A stretch of DNA of 64,000 nucleotides, from IMG/VR virus record IMGVR_UViG_3300007512_000009, positions 32,001 to 96,000 of that record; one strand, given 5' to 3'. Of this stretch, positions 9,115-17,717 are shown one piece after another; position 1 is the stretch's first letter, and each line of letters starts with the position of its first letter. The translations under genes and the position numbers were made by a program. The notes below the pieces were generated by a model, which worked only from the letters and a program-made list of their open reading frames with translations, searched no databases and was not told the origin of the DNA. The DNA is from a virus.

Positions 9115-10314
9115 ATGAGGAAAGAGTTAACAGATGAATTAGGATTTGCTTGGTTTCAAGGAGTTGTTGAAGATAGAAACGACCCATTGATGCTTGGTAG
9201 ATGTCGTGTCAGATGTCTGGGTTTTCATACTATGAACAAAGATAGCCTTCCCACAAAAGATTTACCGTGGGCACATCCTATGAGTCCAATTACATCTGCA
9301 TCTATGAATGGTATAGGTCAAACACCTTTGGGTATGGTGGAGGGAACATGGGTAATAGGTTTCTTCCGTGATGGATTCGAGAAACAACAACCAATAATAA
9401 TAGGTACTTTGCCTGGTATCCCGCAGGAAGTATCGAATCCTGAATATGGTTTCAATGACCCTACAGGTACATATCCTAAAGACGATTACATTTTCGAGCC
9501 TGATACTAATAGACTCGCTAGGGGCATAACTAAAGATACCATTGTAGAAACTAAGATGGATAATTTGGATATAATGGACGAGGCTACATCCACAGGTGTA
9601 TCAAGCACCGTTCAAGAACCTTACTATGATAGTGCTTCTTTATATCCATTCTCTCATGTTACAGAAACAGAAAGCGGTCACATCGTACAAATGGATGATA
9701 CCCCAGGCAACGAAAGAATAAACATACATCACAAATCTGGTGCTTTCATAGAAATACTACCAGATGGTTCTATGGTTAGAAAATCTGCGGGTGAAAACGG
9801 ACTAGACTGGGTTACCGTAAATAACCAATATGTGCATGTTAAGGGTAATCAAAATATTACAGTAGATGGTAATGCAAACATTTATATTAAGAATGACTCC
9901 TACACAAAAACAGATGGTAATAGTAGGGTGGATGTAGTGGGTAATTATGAGTTAAATGTGGGTGGTGTCGCAACATTCAATGCCGGTAGTGGTAATTCTG
10001 TTATTAATATGGAAACTGGCTCTTTAAATATAGATAACGCTACTGGTATAAATCTAAACGGTGGTGGTGTGGGTAGTAATGTGTTTAGTGATGGTGAACC
10101 CTCTGACGAATCACCGATTATAATATTACCACCAGAGGGTTGGGAGTATCCTGATGGTGATGGTGGTGATAATTGGCAATCATTACATGAAGTTACTCCA
10201 GAATCCGTAGGATTCCCAGAAAATCCAGAAGTCGGTGACGAAACAACATTAGCAAATGGGAATAGTTATGTTTGGACTGGTGAAGAATTCGGGGGTTGGG
10301 TAGAATTGGAATAA
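9115..10314 (+). CDS. gp5: Baseplate central spike gp5 (OB-fold plus beta-helix, no lysozyme domain seen)
   Basis: WFQGVVEDRNDPLMLGRCRVRCLG, LPWA, EGTWVIGFFRDG..QQP.IIG, YPFSHVTETESGH...DDTPG.ERI..HH.SG. Confidence 0.93.
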   Translation: MRKELTDELGFAWFQGVVEDRNDPLMLGRCRVRCLGFHTMNKDSLPTKDLPWAHPMSPITSASMNGIGQTPLGMVEGTWVIGFFRDGFEKQQPIIIGTLPGIPQEVSNPEYGFNDPTGTYPKDDYIFEPDTNRLARGITKDTIVETKMDNLDIMDEATSTGVSSTVQEPYYDSASLYPFSHVTETESGHIVQMDDTPGNERINIHHKSGAFIEILPDGSMVRKSAGENGLDWVTVNNQYVHVKGNQNITVDGNANIYIKNDSYTKTDGNSRVDVVGNYELNVGGVATFNAGSGNSVINMETGSLNIDNATGINLNGGGVGSNVFSDGEPSDESPIIILPPEGWEYPDGDGGDNWQSLHEVTPESVGFPENPEVGDETTLANGNSYVWTGEEFGGWVELE

Positions 10315-10317
10315 GAT

Positions 10318-12552
10318 ATGGTAGATTTAAATTTATCAAAAAATGCAGAAACAGCAAAAACAATTGTAACTAGTTTACAAAACTCTGGTGTTGATTTATC
10401 CATATCTGAAGAAGATAATTCTGAAATAGTAGTTACATCATCACGTGATTTAACTATATCAGAAACAAATGATATTTCTGCCTACAAAAAAGAAATCTTA
10501 GATGAAATTTCTAGCAAAATAACCACTAGTGACACTGGTACTTATCCCAAGAGAGTGTTTAGGACTGCCTCAATATCATCTGATTCTGGTATAGTTAAAT
10601 TACAGTCGCAAATAGGTTCACAAGGTGTCGCTACTATTAATGGTAGCACTGGTGAGGTAGAAGTAGTAAACAGTGTTTGTGGTGAAACTGGTGATGTTCA
10701 CGTGGTTTGTACATTCAATAGTGCAACTGGTGCAGTAGAAGGTGTAAACTCATTTAATGGTGCTACTGGTATAATAGAAGGTGTTAATAGTATAAATGGT
10801 TCTACTGGTGCTGTTACTCTAACAGATTTGGTTGGAGTTAGTACCTTTAATGGTTTATCTGGTGCTATAGACACCTCATCTCTCGTTTTAACAGTTGCAG
10901 GTCTTAGTGCAGGCTCATCCGTACAAACGATGAACGGATTGGTAATAAACCAAGGTAAATCTGGTGACTCTTTATCCATAGCAATAGGTGGCACTGCTTT
11001 AATCGGTGCACCACTGGATGCAGATACTAACTCACTAGGTGCTAATATAGCAATAGGAAATGGTGCACTTGGTACCAATACCACTGGATTATATAATACT
11101 GCAATCGGATATGGTGCTATCTATAGCGATTCTGATGGAACTGGTAGTGTAGCAATTGGACATGCATGTTCTTACAATGCCAATGGTTCATATAATACAT
11201 CCATTGGACACCAAGCATTTAAAAACGGTGATGGAACCAAAAATGTCGCCATAGGACAAGAGGCATTATATAATGCAGGTGTGATTAAGAACGGTTTGTC
11301 CAATTCCGATTATAATGTTGCTATTGGTGCTAGTGCAGGTCACGGTTTATCTCATGGGATTAACAATATCTTTATTGGATATGATACCCGACCAACTGCT
11401 TCAGAAATTAGCAATCAAATTGCAATAGGTAACACCTCAAGTGCATATCTATATACGGCTGCAGGTATTTCTGCGGGTGGTGCTACATTTGGTAGTAATA
11501 TAATTGTTCATGGTGGTATTTCAGCGAATTCAGGAATTTCAACTGCAGGAAACTTGAATGTGGGTGGTGGTACACTTCAAGGAGTAAACAATTTTGATGG
11601 TGGTACTCTGTCATTCGTTGGTGCTGGTAATATAATCCATAATAGTGGTGGGATTTCTTCGAGTGTAGTGCAAGCAACAGCAGTTATTGGGACTTGGATG
11701 GTTAATAAGGCAGGATTTTCTTCAGATGGTTATCTCCGTCACAGTGGTGGTATTTCCGCTGGCGGAAATTTAGAAACCCAAGCAGATTTGCACGTTGCAG
11801 AAAATATAGAACACGTTGGAGATACTAATACAAAAGTGGGATTCACCACGGACAGAGTAGAATTTGTCGCAGGTGGTGTTACATTTGCATACGGGGTATC
11901 TGGTGCATTTTATGCTAATAAGGGTATTACAGTAACTGGAAATGTATTAATTAGTGGTGGTATTTCAGCAAATGCAGGTATATCTACCTCAGGTCGAGTA
12001 GATGCAAACAAATTGTGGGTAACGAATGGGATATCATCAGACCATGCCATAACAACGTCCCATAACATTATCGGTTCATTCGGTAGGTGTACTAGTTCAG
12101 GTATTTCTTCAAATGCAGGTATTTCAACTGCAAGCGGAATTCAATTTTCTGATGGAAGCATTGCAACATCATATACAGACACAATAGGTGTTTACGTAAC
12201 TAATGGAAGTAGAACGATTACAACAGGAATAAAAGGAAGAAAAATAATACCCTATGATTGTACAGTTACCGAGTGGGTTGTTACTGGTTCTACTTCAGGC
12301 AGTATAACGTGGGATGTTAACTGGGGTAAAACGTCTGCATGGCCTAATGCACTTGCATCTGTAGGATTTAGCGGTAATGGTTCATCACCGCAACTGGGTG
12401 CAACAGCATCGCAATCCTATGTCTTAATACCTACCGCTTGGACAAAATCGGGATTTAGTGCGGGTGATGTTATACAATTTGAAGTAGATTCCGTGTCTAC
12501 TATAACTGACTGTGAATTGGCATTAAAAATTAAAAGGATGGATGGTACATAA
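10318..12552 (+). CDS. Fibre/adhesin-like virion protein with three repeat types
   Basis: NG[SA]TG repeats, N[TIV]AIG repeats of Hep/Hag-adhesin type, and GIS[AST] repeats; located inside the baseplate module. Confidence 0.6.
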   Translation: MVDLNLSKNAETAKTIVTSLQNSGVDLSISEEDNSEIVVTSSRDLTISETNDISAYKKEILDEISSKITTSDTGTYPKRVFRTASISSDSGIVKLQSQIGSQGVATINGSTGEVEVVNSVCGETGDVHVVCTFNSATGAVEGVNSFNGATGIIEGVNSINGSTGAVTLTDLVGVSTFNGLSGAIDTSSLVLTVAGLSAGSSVQTMNGLVINQGKSGDSLSIAIGGTALIGAPLDADTNSLGANIAIGNGALGTNTTGLYNTAIGYGAIYSDSDGTGSVAIGHACSYNANGSYNTSIGHQAFKNGDGTKNVAIGQEALYNAGVIKNGLSNSDYNVAIGASAGHGLSHGINNIFIGYDTRPTASEISNQIAIGNTSSAYLYTAAGISAGGATFGSNIIVHGGISANSGISTAGNLNVGGGTLQGVNNFDGGTLSFVGAGNIIHNSGGISSSVVQATAVIGTWMVNKAGFSSDGYLRHSGGISAGGNLETQADLHVAENIEHVGDTNTKVGFTTDRVEFVAGGVTFAYGVSGAFYANKGITVTGNVLISGGISANAGISTSGRVDANKLWVTNGISSDHAITTSHNIIGSFGRCTSSGISSNAGISTASGIQFSDGSIATSYTDTIGVYVTNGSRTITTGIKGRKIIPYDCTVTEWVVTGSTSGSITWDVNWGKTSAWPNALASVGFSGNGSSPQLGATASQSYVLIPTAWTKSGFSAGDVIQFEVDSVSTITDCELALKIKRMDGT

Positions 12553-13664
12553 TGGCTGAGTATAATGGTTCAAGTGTAGTTATTTATTATGTAGATGGTG
12601 GAGCAGGTAGTGATTCCAATGCGGGAACAGGGGTAACTGCGGCCTGGAAGACTTTGGAGAAAGGATTCGATGAGATGTCAGGTTTTAATGATGGTGATGA
12701 ACTCCGCATTATGAAAACAGGCAATGATGCAGTTAATTATAGACCTGCAACAGCGTTAACCGCAGATTGGGCGAGTAAAGAAATCATTATGAATGGTGCA
12801 GGCACTTCTACTGATGGTGGTCTTGTGGATGGGACAATCATAGAAATAAATGGCAGTTCATTGGATAGTTCTACCCCGATGGTGAAGGTCACCAGTTCGT
12901 CTCTTGACGCAACTATTTTTTCACACATTAAATTTCAGGCTGCTGATACTGCTCAACATTGTGTAGAGGCAACGGTTGCTAATGCACACAATGTCACCTT
13001 TGTGAACTGTCAGTTTACTCAGGCAACCAGTCATGGGTTGTACACTAACAATCTTGCTAATTATTGGAACTTAATTAACTGTAGGTTTGATAATAACGGT
13101 GGTGAAGGTTGTCATATGCAATCCTCCAACTTTAATTTAGTTTATAAATGTTTGTTTGACCATAATGCTGGTGACGGTGGTAGGTTTGGCATTTTTGCCA
13201 GAATCACAGAATGTATATTTCATAGCAACGGTGATGATGGGTTGTACGTAAGCAATTCGGGCAGCATGGTTTGTAATTGTATTTTTGATGAAAATAATAG
13301 TGATGGTGTATACAGGACAGGAAGTGGTCAAAGTTGTTTTGTCAATAACGTTTACAGCAACAATGGTTCACAGCCGCACAACACAGCATCGGGTACGGAA
13401 ACAAGAAACTTTTATAATGCCTATTTTGGCAATCCATCAAACAGGCTAGGGTACACATCTGGTACAGACCACCAGTCACTTTACAATTATATTCAGGGAG
13501 CAACGACTGAATGGGGTTCAACACCAGACCATGATTACACACCAGACTATAATTCAGATTTGATTGATGGTGGGATGCCCACACAATTTAGGTCGTTTGG
13601 AAGCACAACAGACACAATAGGCCCAAACAAATGGGTGAACACAGAAAGTATTAGCGTTTTTTAG
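12552..13664 (+). CDS. Right-handed parallel beta-helix (pectin-lyase-like) protein
   Basis: N-terminal YYVDGGAGSDSNAG..AWKT and repeated [NKE]C.F..N..[DE]G units. Confidence 0.7.
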   Translation: MAEYNGSSVVIYYVDGGAGSDSNAGTGVTAAWKTLEKGFDEMSGFNDGDELRIMKTGNDAVNYRPATALTADWASKEIIMNGAGTSTDGGLVDGTIIEINGSSLDSSTPMVKVTSSSLDATIFSHIKFQAADTAQHCVEATVANAHNVTFVNCQFTQATSHGLYTNNLANYWNLINCRFDNNGGEGCHMQSSNFNLVYKCLFDHNAGDGGRFGIFARITECIFHSNGDDGLYVSNSGSMVCNCIFDENNSDGVYRTGSGQSCFVNNVYSNNGSQPHNTASGTETRNFYNAYFGNPSNRLGYTSGTDHQSLYNYIQGATTEWGSTPDHDYTPDYNSDLIDGGMPTQFRSFGSTTDTIGPNKWVNTESISVF

Positions 13665-13674
13665 GAGGTTTATT

Positions 13675-13941
13675 ATGGCTAGTCCAATAGCAAGATTATT
13701 TACAGATTCAGCAGGCGGAGTCATTTTAGCACCAGGCGGTGGTAATGTATTTGTCAATGGTCAACCGATTTCTGTTATGGGTGATATTGTTCAAGGACAT
13801 GGTGAGCATGCTCATTCTGCACCTACTATATTAACTGGTTCTAGCACAGTACGTGCAGGTGGTAAAGGTGTTGTCAGAACAGTAGATACAGCAACTTGCG
13901 GTCACGATGTCATTTCTTCTTCTAATGTATATGCAGGATAA
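13675..13941 (+). CDS. PAAR spike-tip protein (gp5.4-like)
   Basis: NVFVNGQP...GD....HG.H.H..P....GS.TV...GK...R..D.ATCGH. Confidence 0.92.
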   Translation: MASPIARLFTDSAGGVILAPGGGNVFVNGQPISVMGDIVQGHGEHAHSAPTILTGSSTVRAGGKGVVRTVDTATCGHDVISSSNVYAG

Positions 13942-13948
13942 CTAAATT

Positions 13949-14785
13949 ATGACACTTTATTCACACGAAACATTTTCTACAGTATTAACTAACCCTGATG
14001 GTACTACAGGAGCAATACCTATTTCTTCTCCACCTTTGTCTGAAGAGGAAAAAGATGTAATTGCTCTAGCATTTGGAACTACTAGTCCATTTAAAAATCC
14101 AATGGCCAATTATATTACTACTAGTCAGAATGGTTTAAGTGGTGCAAGTGTCCTTTTGGTGGCTAGAAATGAGGATGCAGAAGATGAATTGTATGGTCTA
14201 TTAACATCCACTATTAGTAATGTTGTGTCATTACACGATAATTTAAATAGTAGCGACACAAATCCTAACTTTTTAAATCACACTAATAGGCTTAGTGGTA
14301 CTTCTGGTGGTAAAACCTATTTAAATAATGACGGTGGTCTATATGGTTTTGGTGGTCTTCAAGGTATAGCATCTTCCTATAACAATGTCAGAGAGGCTAT
14401 GAGGGGACAAACAGCATCTGTAGAAGACAACTACTCAATATTTTTTACTAGTATATTGACTGTGGGTGAAAGCATAATGTCTGATATTATGGATTTTGGA
14501 AAAGATGGTAGTGGTGTAACTGGACAAATTGGTGGTATCACAATTAGCGAATTAAATGCTGACCAAATATCAACAATAAACACCACAGCAACAGATTTGA
14601 CCACGGCTGTTGTCGATAACATTGATGCAGATAACACTCACCTTTCTATAGCGGTAGATTACCTCAAAAAGTTCGGTAACGGTATGCGTATTTTGGGGAT
14701 GAACAAAGACACATACTTTGGAAGAAAACTTTTAGATGTGATGCAAACAGATATATTAGAGGACGAATTGGACGATTTAACTTGA
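13949..14785 (+). CDS. Hypothetical virion-module protein
   Basis: 278-aa ORF closely following PAAR; no family recognised. Confidence 0.6.
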   Translation: MTLYSHETFSTVLTNPDGTTGAIPISSPPLSEEEKDVIALAFGTTSPFKNPMANYITTSQNGLSGASVLLVARNEDAEDELYGLLTSTISNVVSLHDNLNSSDTNPNFLNHTNRLSGTSGGKTYLNNDGGLYGFGGLQGIASSYNNVREAMRGQTASVEDNYSIFFTSILTVGESIMSDIMDFGKDGSGVTGQIGGITISELNADQISTINTTATDLTTAVVDNIDADNTHLSIAVDYLKKFGNGMRILGMNKDTYFGRKLLDVMQTDILEDELDDLT

Positions 14786-14786
14786 A

Positions 14787-14803
14787 TATAAATATTATAA
14801 ATA
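14787..14803 (+). promoter_or_regulatory. Tandem late promoters
   Basis: TATAAATA at 14787-14794 and again at 14796-14803. Confidence 0.65.
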
Positions 14804-14837
14804 CAGTATATTTTATATTCAAAAATTTTACTAGGAA

Positions 14838-15491
14838 TTGATGATTTTGTTAAATACAACGGAAACAAATAACCAACTTGGTATTGACGTAATGGGGTCA
14901 TGGGTTGAAGTAGGAATGGTATTGGCCGCTATTGCTGTTGGTGTATTTCTAGCAATCCCTGCTATTAAATCAATAATCAACAAAAGAAAAACAACATACC
15001 CCTGCTCCCAAAAATTTAGAAAGACCCATTCTAGAATACATGAATTTTTAACCGAGATTAGGGTCAAAATGGGTGCTGACCGTGCTTCTATGCTTCAATT
15101 TCATAATGGTGGAAAATTTCTAGATGGTTCTTCAGTAAAAAAGTTTTCTTTAACACACGAATCTTGTGTGGTTGGAATATCAGAATCGATGTCCCTAAGA
15201 CAAAACCTCTTAGCATCTACGTTTGTTGAAGCGTTAGAACACTTATCAAAAGATGACCCAACAATAGAGGTAACGTCTAATCTTCATGATAGCCACTTTA
15301 AAAGACACTTGGAAGCAAACCATACCTTAGTTTTTTCTTTAGTCCCTATAAAAGATGTAAGGGGTGCATTGACAATAGGATTCCTACTAGTTGAGTGGTG
15401 TAATTGGGACAAAGCAGATTTAATAAATGACGATAAGGTACTGGTTGAAATACCTCAGTATGCAAGACACATAGAAGGACAACTATACTAA
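14838..15491 (+). CDS. Single-TM protein with GAF-like domain (holin T-like); start may be ATG 14841
   Basis: TM VGMVLAAIAVGVFLAIPAI followed by GADRASMLQFHNGGKF....KKFSLTHE, a GAF-like segment as in T4 holin T-like proteins. Confidence 0.55.
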   Translation: MMILLNTTETNNQLGIDVMGSWVEVGMVLAAIAVGVFLAIPAIKSIINKRKTTYPCSQKFRKTHSRIHEFLTEIRVKMGADRASMLQFHNGGKFLDGSSVKKFSLTHESCVVGISESMSLRQNLLASTFVEALEHLSKDDPTIEVTSNLHDSHFKRHLEANHTLVFSLVPIKDVRGALTIGFLLVEWCNWDKADLINDDKVLVEIPQYARHIEGQLY

Positions 15492-15492
15492 T

Positions 15493-15873
15493 ATGGCCAG
15501 ATGGAAAGACCTAGATTTAAACTTCACAGCACATCCTGTTACAGGTGATTTAACCACACTGGAAGATGATGATGCTGTAAAAAGGTCAATAAGAAATATT
15601 GTTTATATGTCGGCATACGAGAAACCTTTCCACCCAGAGATAAATGTGGGTATAAGAGATTTGCTATTTGAACAACTATCACCAATCACAGCATTACGTA
15701 TTAGAGAAAAAATAATTGACTCAATAAAAAACTTTGAACCAAGAGCAAATCTGATGGAGGTTCAAGTTTTTGCTGATGCTGACAGGAACTCATTTGCAGT
15801 AAAAATATACTTTAGGATAGTCAATCTACCAGACCCTATTGTACTTGATTTAACACTAGAGAGGTTAAGATAA
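15493..15873 (+). CDS. gp25: Baseplate wedge subunit gp25
   Basis: WKDLDLNFTAHPVTGD, AVKRSIRNIV, EKPFHP, LLFE, FEPR. Confidence 0.95.
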   Translation: MARWKDLDLNFTAHPVTGDLTTLEDDDAVKRSIRNIVYMSAYEKPFHPEINVGIRDLLFEQLSPITALRIREKIIDSIKNFEPRANLMEVQVFADADRNSFAVKIYFRIVNLPDPIVLDLTLERLR

Positions 15874-15874
15874 C

Positions 15875-17713
15875 ATGGCTACTACTAATTCAAATTTAAC
15901 CATTAATAATTTAGATTTTGATGCAATCAAAAACAATCTTAAAAGTTACCTGTCTGGACAGACTGCATTTACAGATTATAACTTCGAAGGTGCTGGTATC
16001 AACATCCTTTTAGACCTTTTAGCATATAATACCCACTATGAGGCCTTTTACAATAACATGATTGCTAATGAAATGTTTTTAGATAGTGCCATAGACAGAA
16101 GTAATATTGTTTCTATAGCAAAGCATCTGGGATATGTACCAAACTCAGTTAGAGGTTCTCAAGCAACAGTGAATGTCGTTCTTGGCAGCACGGTTGGAAT
16201 AAATGCAGGCGATTATCTTTCTATAGGTAGCGTTTTTTCAACAACTAAAGATGGCACCAACTACACATTTGTAAATACCAGTACTTCTACTATAGACCCA
16301 GATGCATCTAATGGATATCACATTAATAATTTAGTTATAACTGAAGGTAAATACGAGTCACATTCTTGGATTAAAGATGATAAACAATCAGACCAGAAAT
16401 TTATTATACCTTCAGCAAATGTAGACACAACATCATTAATAGTCAGAGTACAAAACTCTACTACTGATGACTCTGGTTATAGTGATGGTTGGAATTTATC
16501 TACAGATTATAATGAAGTTACATCCACGTCTAGAGCATATTTTCTACAAGAAGTAGAAGGTGGTAAATTTGAAATTTATTTCGGTGATGGTGTAGTGGGC
16601 AAAAAGCCTGACGATGGTAATTTAATTATTGCTAAGTATTTAACTTCTAACGGTTCTGTTACTAATAACATAGGTGTTAATGACGCAAGCGGTTCTAGGT
16701 CGTTTTCATATGGTTCTGGTAATGCGGTATCTGTAGTATCACCATCAGCAGGTGGTTCTGAAAGAGAATCAATCGATTCAGTTAGATTTTATGCACCTCT
16801 ATCATACCAAACTCAGGGTAGAGCAGTAACTGTAGACGATTATAAATCAATCTTAGTCAGCGATTACCCAGACATTGACTCGATTAGCATTTGGGGTGGA
16901 GAAGAAAACGACCCACCAGAATATGGTAGGGTAATTATTGCTTTCAAACCATCATCGGGTACTGTCATCTCACAAACAACAAAAGATAGTATTATTGATA
17001 CTTTAGTTTCTAGTAAAAATATTGTGGGTCTTCAGGCTAAGATTATTGACCCTAATTACATTTATATTAGGGTCAATACAGAAATTAATTATAATCCCGA
17101 TTATTTGTCTATTAGTGCTGACTCTCTTAAGACTTTGGTCAATAACGCAATAATTAATTTCGGTGATACTAACTTAGACAAATTCGAAAAAGGTCTTAGA
17201 TATTCAAAACTTATTAAAGAAATCGATGATGTCGATACAACTGCTATATTAAGTAATGAAACATCATATAATATGGAATATAGACTCTACCCTGTTGAAG
17301 ACCCAGTTAATGCTTCATATGTTGTAGACTTTTTAAATCCCATATATCATCCACACAGTGCACACTCTTCTGTAGTTAGTAGTACACCATTTTCTTATAC
17401 AGATACAGCAGACAACATCCAAAGAACAGCGTATATTGATGACGATGGAGATGGACTTTTAAGAACTTGGTATTACTTGGGTGGTTTAAAAACGGTAATT
17501 AATAGCAACATAGGAACTATAGACTATGCTAGTGGTGTAATAAATATTAACAACATTACCATTAACTCTGTAGTTTCTGATGCATTTATTAAGATTATTG
17601 CTCAACCAGCCAACAAAGACATAGACAGCAGAAGAGATACAATCTTGTTGATTGATAATGATGACCCTACTGCGATAACAATAACAACAACTCCGAGTAC
17701 TTATTTAATCTAA
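15875..17713 (+). CDS. gp6: Baseplate wedge subunit gp6
   Basis: LDFDAIKNNLKSYL, DYNFEG, LLAYNTHY, ANEMFLDSA..RSNIVS.AK.LGY.P, FEIYFGDG, Q.RAVT..DY, WGGEENDPPEYG. Confidence 0.96.
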   Translation: MATTNSNLTINNLDFDAIKNNLKSYLSGQTAFTDYNFEGAGINILLDLLAYNTHYEAFYNNMIANEMFLDSAIDRSNIVSIAKHLGYVPNSVRGSQATVNVVLGSTVGINAGDYLSIGSVFSTTKDGTNYTFVNTSTSTIDPDASNGYHINNLVITEGKYESHSWIKDDKQSDQKFIIPSANVDTTSLIVRVQNSTTDDSGYSDGWNLSTDYNEVTSTSRAYFLQEVEGGKFEIYFGDGVVGKKPDDGNLIIAKYLTSNGSVTNNIGVNDASGSRSFSYGSGNAVSVVSPSAGGSERESIDSVRFYAPLSYQTQGRAVTVDDYKSILVSDYPDIDSISIWGGEENDPPEYGRVIIAFKPSSGTVISQTTKDSIIDTLVSSKNIVGLQAKIIDPNYIYIRVNTEINYNPDYLSISADSLKTLVNNAIINFGDTNLDKFEKGLRYSKLIKEIDDVDTTAILSNETSYNMEYRLYPVEDPVNASYVVDFLNPIYHPHSAHSSVVSSTPFSYTDTADNIQRTAYIDDDGDGLLRTWYYLGGLKTVINSNIGTIDYASGVININNITINSVVSDAFIKIIAQPANKDIDSRRDTILLIDNDDPTAITITTTPSTYLI

Positions 17714-17717
17714 TTAT

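Noticed and set aside
11464-12135. DNA-level repeats as a CRISPR array or DGR template/variable pair
   Set aside because: In-frame degenerate coding repeats with no constant repeat-spacer pattern, no evident adenine-specific variation and no reverse transcriptase in the window
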